NCBI GenBank assembly: GCA_011364985.1
Contig: RDOC01000001.1
Coordinates: forward strand, 192,001 to 256,000
Direction: 5' to 3'
Length of the DNA: 64,000 bases
DNA from: Candidatus Thorarchaeota archaeon
Lineage (GTDB): Archaea; Asgardarchaeota; Thorarchaeia; Thorarchaeales; Thorarchaeaceae
Below, in pieces: positions 19,809-29,023 of this stretch (its first letter is position 1; every line of letters begins with the position of its first letter). Below the pieces are notes generated by a model. The model was not told the origin of the DNA, ran no database searches, and saw only the letters and a program-made list of their open reading frames with translations. The position numbers and the translations under genes were made by a program.

Positions 19809-21545
19809 CTAGAGATATTTCGATGCCTCAATCTGAGCAAGCTTCACACCCGCACTATGAGAATACCGTCTAAAGAGGAAATAGCAGATGGCAGCATAAA
19901 TCGGAAGGAAGATGTAGACGGAAAGAATGCCTATCAACGCGCCTTGAACTGCTCCTACAAGTGTGCCAATACCGAGCATTCCAAAAACGCCAGCATATCC
20001 CAAGATGTAGGGAATGACCTGAGCTCTCACAATGGACCATCCGCGAATAGGTTGCTGAACTGCGGAACCTCTCTGTCGTGTAATTATCCGTTCCGCCTTG
20101 AAGTCGCCCCCAATTGCTGCTGCATTGGCCGCTATCGCTCCAGATGCAACATTTATGAAAACAGCTGCAATTGCCACTGCAGGGAGATAGGGTAAGAGGG
20201 AGAAATCAATGATGATAATAATAACGGAAATAATGACAGTAGCAGCAATGACAAATGGTACAGCACTGTATACCTTACCTTTGATATAGTCAGCCATGTT
20301 TGCCGCCGCCAGCTGAAGAGTCATTATGTTTTTCCCTTCGTAGACAATTTCATAGCCTGCGAAATATACACCGTATGAAATGGCGAAGGGAATGAGGGCT
20401 GCAAGTATGAGGAAGGGAGTAAATATCATTGCTTCCTCACCCACTGCGAACACTGGGAGGATTAGGAAGATGACAAACCGAAGGGGACCAACGAGATATT
20501 GAGCCAAGACGCGGCCCTCCCTCCTAATCGAGGCAATATTATACCATATAGATACGCTAACCGTTTGGTTGAAGGTAAATCCAGGAATAGGTTGTGGGTT
20601 CCAAGTTGCATGAGATAATGACTCCAATTTTGCAGAAGTACGCTTGGATCCGCTAGCAAGCCAGCCGCTGTAATGCGCTTTTTCACTAACGACTGCATTG
20701 AGATATACAAGAAATACGCCACCCAATAGAAAGACAAGTCCCATTAGTACATCCTGAATCCGGATTGGCACTCCCACTAGAACGCTCAATGAGAGTGCAC
20801 TGACGGCATAGCCGGGAGTCATGTCTGAGGAGAATCCTAAGGCATTAGTTATTGCGAATAGCCACTGAAAGAGTTCTCCACTATCAGAGGAATAGATTGC
20901 ATAGTAATAGAATACACTTACCACGATGGCTGCAGCACTTCCAAGGAACCAGCCAATTTGCTTCAACGTTCGGCGACCAGCAAGGAGTTTTGAGAACAGG
21001 AGTCCGAGAAGACCTCCAAGAGAAACCCCAATCGTAATCACCCCCAGCACAAGAACAACAAAGACTGGAATTGAAAGAAAAGCGAACAAGGATGATGATG
21101 CGATTGAAAGACCAATGAAGATAGAAACGCCGACTAGCTGCCAGAGAATAGAGTTGTACAGAATTACATAGATTGTCTTCTCCAAGAAGATTGTCCGCAT
21201 CGAAATTGGCATGATGAGGACGTACTCCATCTTTGAGCTATTACCCACAGTGCTAGCAGACACCATGATTGAACCAATGAACGAAAAAAGGAGGATTGCA
21301 TTGAAGATGGTTGCACCAATCCCAAGATTTTCGGAGATAAGCTCAGCCACAAACGGCCAGCCAAACAAAGGAACGATTGTGGTGATAATCCAGATAATGA
21401 ATAAAGCAACAAGTGTTCCGCCAATGACTGGAAAGAATCGGCGCAACGTGCTCTTTTGTTCGGTTCGCTTTCCCTTGACACGTCCAACCCGGAAGCTCTT
21501 GCGAAAATCTTCGTGCAACAAAAGCAGCAAGTCCGATAGATTCAC
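19809..21545 (-). CDS. ABC-2 type exporter permease
   Basis: About 14 TM helices in a duplicated layout, 'LIMPISMRTIFLEK' motif, translationally coupled to the ABC ATPase. Confidence 0.85.
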   Translation of the reverse strand: MNLSDLLLLLHEDFRKSFRVGRVKGKRTEQKSTLRRFFPVIGGTLVALFIIWIITTIVPLFGWPFVAELISENLGIGATIFNAILLFSFIGSIMVSASTVGNSSKMEYVLIMPISMRTIFLEKTIYVILYNSILWQLVGVSIFIGLSIASSSLFAFLSIPVFVVLVLGVITIGVSLGGLLGLLFSKLLAGRRTLKQIGWFLGSAAAIVVSVFYYYAIYSSDSGELFQWLFAITNALGFSSDMTPGYAVSALSLSVLVGVPIRIQDVLMGLVFLLGGVFLVYLNAVVSEKAHYSGWLASGSKRTSAKLESLSHATWNPQPIPGFTFNQTVSVSIWYNIASIRREGRVLAQYLVGPLRFVIFLILPVFAVGEEAMIFTPFLILAALIPFAISYGVYFAGYEIVYEGKNIMTLQLAAANMADYIKGKVYSAVPFVIAATVIISVIIIIIDFSLLPYLPAVAIAAVFINVASGAIAANAAAIGGDFKAERIITRQRGSAVQQPIRGWSIVRAQVIPYILGYAGVFGMLGIGTLVGAVQGALIGILSVYIFLPIYAAICYFLFRRYSHSAGVKLAQIEASKYL

Positions 21546-22306
21546 GCAATCTCACCTAGAAATTCTGCGATTTTCTGCATATCAGGTCCACCAGTCAAGG
21601 AGAGGAAAATCTCTTCCAGACTCGAATGACCCTTTGCTTGAAGTCTTAATTCATCCATTGTACCCTCTGCAATCATCTTCCCTTGGTTAATTATCCCGAT
21701 GCGGTCACACATCTGCTCGGCAATTTCCAAGACGTGAGTACTCATTAGTATGCTAGCGCCTCTGTCGCGCAGGCCGTTCATTATCTCCTTGATTGTGGCA
21801 GCCCCTCTAGGGTCGATGCCGGCTTGAACCTCGTCCAGAATAAGCACCTTGGGATGGTGAATCAAGGCGGCAACAAGACCTATCTTTCGAGCCATCCCTT
21901 TCGAGTAGGTCTCGATAAGATCATCACTCGCATCACGAATGTCAAGAAGGGTTAGAAGCTCTTCGATTTCCTCTTCACGTTCAGGGCCTCTTTGTATTCG
22001 CCAAATATCAGCTACGTAGTTGATATACTCCCAGCCAGTAAGACGCTCCGGTAAGACAGGTTCTTCAGGAACATAACCCATGACACGTTTGGCGGCTACT
22101 ATCTCGTTGGCGATACCATGTCCCATAATCCGAGCTGTGCCAGAGGTTGGTTGCAGGATACCCAACAGCATTCTCATTGTTGTGGACTTTCCGGACCCAT
22201 TGGGCCCCAGCAAGCCGTAAATCTCGCCCGCGCCTACATGAAACGAGAGACCGTCAACAGCGGTGAATTCGGTGAACTTCTTTGTGAGTTCCAGTGCCTC
22301 AATCAT
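21542..22306 (-). CDS. ABC transporter ATP-binding protein
   Basis: Walker A GPNGSGKST, signature YSKGM, Walker B LILDE, H-loop STH. Confidence 0.96.
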   Translation of the reverse strand: MIEALELTKKFTEFTAVDGLSFHVGAGEIYGLLGPNGSGKSTTMRMLLGILQPTSGTARIMGHGIANEIVAAKRVMGYVPEEPVLPERLTGWEYINYVADIWRIQRGPEREEEIEELLTLLDIRDASDDLIETYSKGMARKIGLVAALIHHPKVLILDEVQAGIDPRGAATIKEIMNGLRDRGASILMSTHVLEIAEQMCDRIGIINQGKMIAEGTMDELRLQAKGHSSLEEIFLSLTGGPDMQKIAEFLGEIA

Positions 22307-22401
22307 CTATATCAGTGTCAACTTCAATCATCTAGAGTTTTAATAGTTGGGATATTAGCCAACCGAATTCATTATTAGTCACTCCTAGGTCGGCCCACGA
22401 C

Positions 22402-23496
22402 ATGACAGTCGAAACGTGGAGACTACTTGACCTTGGTCCGATTCCACCACTCGAAACACAGATTATCTATGACATGATTGCGCAAGGAATCACAGAGAAA
22501 GAATCTGAAAACACACTGGTCATTTGCTGGCCCACAAAGCCCATTGTCTGCCTAGGCTACTTCCAAGAAATAGAGAAGGATATTGATACACAGTTTTGCA
22601 TTGAGAATGATATAGTATTCACGAGACGAGTGATTGGTGGTGGAGGCGTCTATCTTGACGACGGTCAGCTGTTCTACCAGCTCATCAGTCGATTGGATAG
22701 CCCCACGACACCAAGAAAGATAGATGACTATTATAGAAAATTCCTTGAAGCACCTGTTCAAGCCTATAGGAATCTCGGAGTTCCAGCGGAATTTAAGCCA
22801 GTCAACGACTTGATTGCAAATGGAAAGAAGGTTTCAGGAAACGGTGCAGGGGACGTAGGAGATGCGAGGATTCTAACAGGGAACCTCATTTTCGACTTCA
22901 ATTTTGACATGATGGTCAAGGTTCTCAAAGTACCCGACGAAAAATTCAGAGACAAAATTGCAAAGAGCCTACGTGAACGGATGACTACAATCCTCTTAGA
23001 AACGGGAGGGCTCCCAGACAGGAACGAGGTGAAGGAGGATTTAGTTAGGCTCTATGAGGAAACCCTAGATATCGAGTTGGCGCAAGGCAAGCTCAGCTCA
23101 TGGGAAATGGGTAGGATGGCTGAGCTGAAACCCAAGTATCTCTCTGATGAGTGGTTACATTGGAGGCGCGGCGGGAGAATAGATGCGAGAACTGTTCGCA
23201 TATCAGCCAGCGCACTTGTCGGAACGTCAAATTTCAAAGCTCCAGGAGGGCTCATCAGGGTGACAGTTGAAGAGGTTGAGAAGAAGATCAAGGAGATAGT
23301 CATCAGTGGCGATTTCTTCATGCTCCCAGGTGATGCCATAAGTAACCTTGAACACGCCTTGATCGGAGCCAAGACCGAGAACGGAGAAACATCTAGCAGA
23401 ATTCAATCTGTCTACGAGAAATACAAGATTGAATCACCAGGGGTCACTCCAGAAGATCTAGAAATGGCAATCAAGATGGCTCTCGAACAGAAGTAA
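22402..23496 (+). CDS. lplA: Lipoate-protein ligase A with C-terminal domain
   Basis: RRVIGGGGVYLD, NDL..NGKKVSGNG, and C-terminal KAPGGLIRV...ISGDFF. Confidence 0.9.
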   Translation: MTVETWRLLDLGPIPPLETQIIYDMIAQGITEKESENTLVICWPTKPIVCLGYFQEIEKDIDTQFCIENDIVFTRRVIGGGGVYLDDGQLFYQLISRLDSPTTPRKIDDYYRKFLEAPVQAYRNLGVPAEFKPVNDLIANGKKVSGNGAGDVGDARILTGNLIFDFNFDMMVKVLKVPDEKFRDKIAKSLRERMTTILLETGGLPDRNEVKEDLVRLYEETLDIELAQGKLSSWEMGRMAELKPKYLSDEWLHWRRGGRIDARTVRISASALVGTSNFKAPGGLIRVTVEEVEKKIKEIVISGDFFMLPGDAISNLEHALIGAKTENGETSSRIQSVYEKYKIESPGVTPEDLEMAIKMALEQK

Positions 23497-23627
23497 AGCA
23501 AATCTGTGACCTTCGATGGTTTCAGTTTCTGAAGCCTTTTGCATTGATGAATTCTGGTATGATAAGCGAGTTGTTTGTACTTCCGAATTACATATGAGAG
23601 ATGGCACCATACAATTAGCAGGCTAAG

Positions 23628-24305
23628 ATGAAAAGAGTAAAGGCAATTGGGATTATAGTAATTCTAATCTCTGTGGCTGTTACGGTTACCCTTCTATTAT
23701 CATACACAATGTTAGAGCCGCACCAATGCGAGTGGGGAATTGCAACTGGTGATGACTTCCTCTTTGACATTAGAGTTGAAGGGGCGCATATCAATGAGGA
23801 GATTCCCATTCCATTCTTGATATTCAATAACACTCGAATACAAACCACTATCATTAGCTTACCGAATATTTCAACAATCGATTTGGAACAGAACTTCGAG
23901 CAGCTTGTGGGCGCTATGGAAGTACATAGTGTATTTGCTAATGGAACTGAATTCCCAGCAGACAAGCCGGAGGGGTATGACGCTCCATGGGTTACAACGA
24001 TATCCACAATGATTTCAAGGGCAATTCTACCGATTGATGAATGGAGTCTAATAGATAGGCTCTTCTTTGATGAAAATGACTACAACATTTCGGTGTTGAT
24101 TGGTCGACCTGAGAATGATTACTATGCCTCAAGCAATCAGGATTACTTCTTCTTCTTCGCTCATAGAATCTTTAGCATTGATTCTGGCAATGGATGGTAT
24201 GCCAAACTTGATTATGGCACCGGATTTCCCTTCTACATAAATCACTGGGAAAGCGACCCAATCTGTATCGGATACTACAAGGTGATTCTCACACTTGTTG
24301 TCTGA
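23628..24305 (+). CDS. Secreted/membrane-anchored hypothetical protein
   Basis: N-terminal TM/signal segment followed by WGIATGD and a beta-rich body. AT-rich sequence. Confidence 0.7.
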   Translation: MKRVKAIGIIVILISVAVTVTLLLSYTMLEPHQCEWGIATGDDFLFDIRVEGAHINEEIPIPFLIFNNTRIQTTIISLPNISTIDLEQNFEQLVGAMEVHSVFANGTEFPADKPEGYDAPWVTTISTMISRAILPIDEWSLIDRLFFDENDYNISVLIGRPENDYYASSNQDYFFFFAHRIFSIDSGNGWYAKLDYGTGFPFYINHWESDPICIGYYKVILTLVV

Positions 24306-24458
24306 AGATACTAGGTTCTCATTCTCTAGATTAGACAAAAGGCTTTAATTTTGGTTCTTTGAAAAAGGGCTCTTTGAAGACAGAATTCCTAGTTGTCTGT
24401 TTAAGATTCTTATTACATTTCGAAAAGGCTTGGCAATTGTAGTGGAGTGAGATGTAAA

Positions 24459-25415
24459 ATGGCAGACCTAACATTCGTACCAACTTGGGTATTCCTGGAT
24501 TCCTTAATCTTCATTATAGCAATGATAACCACCTATGATATTATCAAAAAGGAAGAATACCCTCAATATGTGCTATTAGAGATGGTTTGTTTTTCACTAC
24601 TCTATGCTGCAATCTTTGAGAACTTTGCAACAATAATGGGTTGGTACGAATATGGTAGGTCACTAATCATGGTTGGTAATGTTACTCTTGGCGTCCCAAT
24701 AGTTGAGTATTTGGTGGTTTATACGACATTGGGTATGCTTAGGCATATGGAAATCCCAGAATGGTGCAAACCACTGATTGTGGGGTTTTTCGGAAGGATA
24801 TTTGATTTCTCCCTTGATCCAGTCGCCGTACGTTTGAGATTTACAACAGTAGATGGCACCATTGGAAGGTGGACATGGTTCATTGATCCTTCTGATGCTA
24901 ACATCTATAATGTTCCTGTGTACAACTTCTCTGGCTGGGTTCTCCTATGCGGGTATGCAGCGGTATTTCTTATCCTTGGACGTCGATGGTTCAAACGCTC
25001 AAATTACAACCATAAAGTAGGCGTGCTCTATCCTATGCTCTCTATGCTCGCTGCCTTAGCAGTATTAATGTCTCCACTCAGTAATTTCCTTCTGTGGCTA
25101 GAACCTATATTCTTCAAAGGTAGTATTGGAGAATGGATAATGCTGTCAGTATTCTTGGCCGCGCCAGTTGTATTGCTTCTGGTTTTTTGGAGAGGAAGGA
25201 TGAAACATAGATTCCTACTCAAAGAGAACTATCCTACAGCCTTGGTATTTATCCTTCTACCGGTTGTTAATGTTGTATTTGCAGTCGTCTATGGATTCTT
25301 TGAAATCCTCTGGTTAGAACTGCTTTTCGCATTTCTTTCTTGTTTCTTGGTTCTATTAGTGGATTATATAAGTAGAAGCGAAAAACAAGTTGAAGCTTCT
25401 CAAATAGGATCGTGA
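24459..25415 (+). CDS. Carotenoid biosynthesis (CruF/DUF422-like) membrane protein
   Basis: E.F....GWYEY, FDFSLDPVA, W.W, YNVPVYNFSGW motifs in a multi-TM protein. Confidence 0.65.
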   Translation: MADLTFVPTWVFLDSLIFIIAMITTYDIIKKEEYPQYVLLEMVCFSLLYAAIFENFATIMGWYEYGRSLIMVGNVTLGVPIVEYLVVYTTLGMLRHMEIPEWCKPLIVGFFGRIFDFSLDPVAVRLRFTTVDGTIGRWTWFIDPSDANIYNVPVYNFSGWVLLCGYAAVFLILGRRWFKRSNYNHKVGVLYPMLSMLAALAVLMSPLSNFLLWLEPIFFKGSIGEWIMLSVFLAAPVVLLLVFWRGRMKHRFLLKENYPTALVFILLPVVNVVFAVVYGFFEILWLELLFAFLSCFLVLLVDYISRSEKQVEASQIGS

Positions 25416-25421
25416 AACTGA

Positions 25422-26498
25422 ATGTCATTCGAAGTACAAGCACCAGGAAGAGTCTGCTTGTTTGGTGAACATAGTGACTACTTGGGACTCGATGTCATCC
25501 CTGCGGCCATTGACATGTACATTCGAATTACTGCCCATCCCGGAGATGATGACACAATCAGTATTGAATATCTAGATACAGGCCAAAAGGACACCTTTCC
25601 TGCCGCTCAGTGCATCCCATATAAGAGAAGTAGGGATTATGTCCGAAGCGCGTTTAACGTGATGCGTAGAAACGGTATGTCACCGAAACACGGTTGGCAT
25701 CTGGAGATAGAAGGTAACATACCTATTGCTGCAGGACTATCTTCATCATCAGCACTAACTACTGCGGCTGTCCTCGCAGTGGCAAGAATGTCAGAAGAGG
25801 AAATTGGGAAGGACAGACTCGCCGAGCTTGCATTCTTCGCAGAAGTTGCCGAGTTCAAAGAGAGTGGTGGGAGAATGGACCACTACGCTTCGGCATATGG
25901 TGGACTCATACATCTAGCCTTTGATGAGAAGCTGAAGGTGACCCAGATTCCTGCCGAACCAGAAGGATTTGTAATTGGGGATTCCATGCAAAGAAAGCAG
26001 GACACTGTGGGAGATCTTCGATCCATTAGAGAAACCGTCGAGAGCGAATATGAGAGGTTCAAGCGGCAGATGCCAGAATTCGACCTGAAACATACACCTG
26101 TCAATCAGATTGAGGAGCTTTCACGTAATACGGCAGATAAGGCAAGAACAATGGCGATAACAACACTGAGAAATCGCGACCTCACAAAAAGAGCCCTAGG
26201 AGTGCTCAACGGGCCCAAAGTGGACGCTGGAGATCTAGGCGATTTGATTAACGAACATCACAAGTACCTTAGAGATGGTCTTGGGCGGTCAACCCCAAAG
26301 ATTGAGAAGCTAATAGCACGGTCTCTTGATGCTGGTGCCCTTGGCTGTAAGATCAATGGCAGTGGAGGCGGAGGAACTATGCTTGCATATGCGCCGAAGG
26401 CCCAGGAAGAAGTTGCCAAAGCAATTCAAGATGCAGGAGGAGCTCCATACATTGTGCGAATTGGCAAGGGAGCCGCCTTTATGGAATTGGATAGGTGA
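25422..26498 (+). CDS. GHMP kinase, galactokinase-like
   Basis: APGRVCLFGEHSDY, PIAAGLSSSSA, GRMD, GCKINGSGGGG. Confidence 0.9.
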   Translation: MSFEVQAPGRVCLFGEHSDYLGLDVIPAAIDMYIRITAHPGDDDTISIEYLDTGQKDTFPAAQCIPYKRSRDYVRSAFNVMRRNGMSPKHGWHLEIEGNIPIAAGLSSSSALTTAAVLAVARMSEEEIGKDRLAELAFFAEVAEFKESGGRMDHYASAYGGLIHLAFDEKLKVTQIPAEPEGFVIGDSMQRKQDTVGDLRSIRETVESEYERFKRQMPEFDLKHTPVNQIEELSRNTADKARTMAITTLRNRDLTKRALGVLNGPKVDAGDLGDLINEHHKYLRDGLGRSTPKIEKLIARSLDAGALGCKINGSGGGGTMLAYAPKAQEEVAKAIQDAGGAPYIVRIGKGAAFMELDR

Positions 26499-26499
26499 C

Positions 26500-28062
26500 T
26501 CAGTTATCCTCAGCTAGTTCTTTCATCCTGCTCTCAACGACTTCAAGGATTTCATCCTTCAGCTTCCGTCCTTTGGCAATTATCTCACTTACTTCATCTA
26601 AAGTACGCTTCACAAATGTCTGATCCTTGATATTCCCAAGGTTGATTCGAACATTCAAAGCAGCACCTTCGATAGCCGCCATCAAGGCGTGTGCTGCAAC
26701 TCCAGCGTCGGTAATCGAATTGATGTTACCCTTCTGAGCTGCTACAAGGTCATGTGACAGCGCCTTCAGTGAATGGCGCATGGTTGAGAGAGGCACCTCT
26801 GCTGCATGAATTGTGGCTTTTTCTGTTGCTTCTTCCTTCTCCTTCTTCTGAGCAGGGGTTTCTTCGGGAAGTCTAAAGGTGGCCATGACGTCATCAAAGG
26901 CTGCAGAATCGGTTTCAATAAGGTCCATGAGGATTCCTCTATCATTGTCAACAGCATGACGATGCTCTAGCATCTTTTCCTTGATCGCAGCAAACTTGCG
27001 TCCGGACAATGAAAGACCTGTTACCATTCCAACCAGAGCCGCACCATAAGAGCCCAAAGCAGCAGCCACGCTTCCTCCACCAGGAGTAGCACGCGCTCTC
27101 TTCACCTCGTCTCCGAATTCGATGAGCGACATCTCAGTGAAGGTCTTTTCCTTGGGGTCCTCCGCACCTCCAAGATAGTAGAGATCCAGTATCATAGACT
27201 CATCCAGTTTCTCGGGCTGTAGATAGTATCGAAGAGTGTCCAACAATGCAAAGAGGGGCACCATACCAACGATTTCTGTTTCTATGACAGTGGCCCCAAA
27301 TCTCTTGGCCTCAAGCTTGACGACCTCGAACACCTGATGTATCTTTGTACGTCTTGGATGTGTTAAGTTGAGGGACACTTGAACGCAATTCTTGGCTGGA
27401 AGGTCCAAGCCAATTCCTTGGACATTCACGAAGCCACCTGTGAGCCCTCGCACGGCATTAGCGCAGGATTTTGCCACTTCCAGATTCCTTGTATTCAGAT
27501 TAAAATTGATGGCGATGAGAAAGTTGCGTGCTCCTGTGGCTGTTGCTCCCGCTGTAGGATGGATCTTCTTAGGACCGTAGTCAGGATCCTTTGAGGAATC
27601 GGTCCCAATCAATTCTCGTAAACCTTCAAACTCACCCTCACGAATATTGGGAAGGTCAGCTCTTTCCGGCCGAGTAGCGGACTTATTGTACAGGTAAACA
27701 GGGACATTGCACTTGGAAGAGAATTCCTCCGCAAACTCTTTCGAGAGTTCGATGCATTCTCCGGTGGTTGCCCCGTGAAGAGGAATGAAAGGAACAACGT
27801 CAACAGCCCCCATTCTCGGATGCTCACCCTTATGTTTGGTCAAATCGATCTTTTCGACCGCCAGCTCTGCAGCTTTAAGAGCTGCCTGCTTTACCATCTG
27901 GGGTTCCCCAACAAAGGTAAAGACAGACCTGTTGTGATCGGGGTCAAATTCAATGTCCAGTAATCTTATGCCCTCAACACTGCGAATTGCATCCGCAAGG
28001 GCATCGATGACATCCTTTCGACGGCCTTCAGAGAAGTTTGGAACACACTCAATGATCTTCAC
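26500..28062 (-). CDS. ftcD: Bifunctional glutamate formiminotransferase / formiminotetrahydrofolate cyclodeaminase
   Basis: IECVPNFSEGR, DPDHNRSVFT, HPRMGAVDVVPF, and a C-terminal TPGGGSVAA cyclodeaminase domain. GTG start after GGTGA. Confidence 0.95.
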   Translation of the reverse strand: MKIIECVPNFSEGRRKDVIDALADAIRSVEGIRLLDIEFDPDHNRSVFTFVGEPQMVKQAALKAAELAVEKIDLTKHKGEHPRMGAVDVVPFIPLHGATTGECIELSKEFAEEFSSKCNVPVYLYNKSATRPERADLPNIREGEFEGLRELIGTDSSKDPDYGPKKIHPTAGATATGARNFLIAINFNLNTRNLEVAKSCANAVRGLTGGFVNVQGIGLDLPAKNCVQVSLNLTHPRRTKIHQVFEVVKLEAKRFGATVIETEIVGMVPLFALLDTLRYYLQPEKLDESMILDLYYLGGAEDPKEKTFTEMSLIEFGDEVKRARATPGGGSVAAALGSYGAALVGMVTGLSLSGRKFAAIKEKMLEHRHAVDNDRGILMDLIETDSAAFDDVMATFRLPEETPAQKKEKEEATEKATIHAAEVPLSTMRHSLKALSHDLVAAQKGNINSITDAGVAAHALMAAIEGAALNVRINLGNIKDQTFVKRTLDEVSEIIAKGRKLKDEILEVVESRMKELAEDN

Positions 28063-28121
28063 GTGAGTCACCGATGCCCGTTCCCTGCAGCCATGCACAA
28101 AAGGGTTTGGGCAGTTGGAAT

Positions 28122-29009
28122 TCATGCTGCAACTTGGGCTGAAAACGCTGAAACAACATTCTTGAGAAGCATAGCAATTGTCATCGGACCAACGCCACCA
28201 GGAACAGGAGTAATGAGAAGCACTTTTTCCTTGACCTTATCGAAATCAACATCTCCGTGTGGGGTGGCAACGTCAATAATAACTGACCCATCCTTGACCA
28301 TATCAGACGTGATGAAGAAGGGGGCATCCTTGGATTTACGCCGGCCTATTGCTGTAACTAGAACATCAGCATTTCTCGTGAAATCAGATATGTTTGCAGT
28401 TCGTGAGTGACATACAGTGACCGTCGCATTTCGGTTTAGAAGAAGAAATATGAGAGGCTTTCCTACGATCGTAGACCTGTTGATGATTACAGCATGCTTT
28501 CCTGAAAGGTCATTCATCCCGATGTGATCCAGAATTGTTACAATTCCGTGTGGAGTGGCAGAAGTGAGTTCTTCATCACCATGAAAGAGACGGTAGATAT
28601 TCGCAGGAGAAAATCCGTCGATGTCTTTCAAAGGTGCAATTGCACCAATAATCTGCTTCTCATCAATATGCGGCGGAAGAGGCAACTGGACGAGAATCCC
28701 ATGCACCGCCGGATCTTCATTCAATTTGTCGATGAGAAATAGCAGCTCCTTCTCGGTTGTCTTCTCAGGAAGACCATAATGGTCTGAGAGAATTCCAACC
28801 TTTTCTGAGGCTTCCCGTTTCATTCGAACATACATCTCAGACCCAGGATCATCACCAACAATCACAGTGACAAGCTTTGGAACTTTGCCATACTTGTCCA
28901 CGAGTTTTGCCACCTCTTCCTTGACCTCTTCGCGAAGTCGTTTGGAGAGGCGACGGCCTTTGATGATGTGATTTTCATAGATAGGTTTCTCATTATCATC
29001 TGATGACAG
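28122..29009 (-). CDS. folD: Methylenetetrahydrofolate dehydrogenase/cyclohydrolase
   Basis: GILVQLPLP, KDIDG, ATPHG, RSTIVGKP, NATVTVCHS, TPVPGGVGPMT. The conserved N-terminus IIKGRRLS requires an upstream non-canonical start (CTG 29009). Confidence 0.95.
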   Translation of the reverse strand: MSSDDNEKPIYENHIIKGRRLSKRLREEVKEEVAKLVDKYGKVPKLVTVIVGDDPGSEMYVRMKREASEKVGILSDHYGLPEKTTEKELLFLIDKLNEDPAVHGILVQLPLPPHIDEKQIIGAIAPLKDIDGFSPANIYRLFHGDEELTSATPHGIVTILDHIGMNDLSGKHAVIINRSTIVGKPLIFLLLNRNATVTVCHSRTANISDFTRNADVLVTAIGRRKSKDAPFFITSDMVKDGSVIIDVATPHGDVDFDKVKEKVLLITPVPGGVGPMTIAMLLKNVVSAFSAQVAA

Positions 29010-29023
29010 CCTTGTTCACCTTC

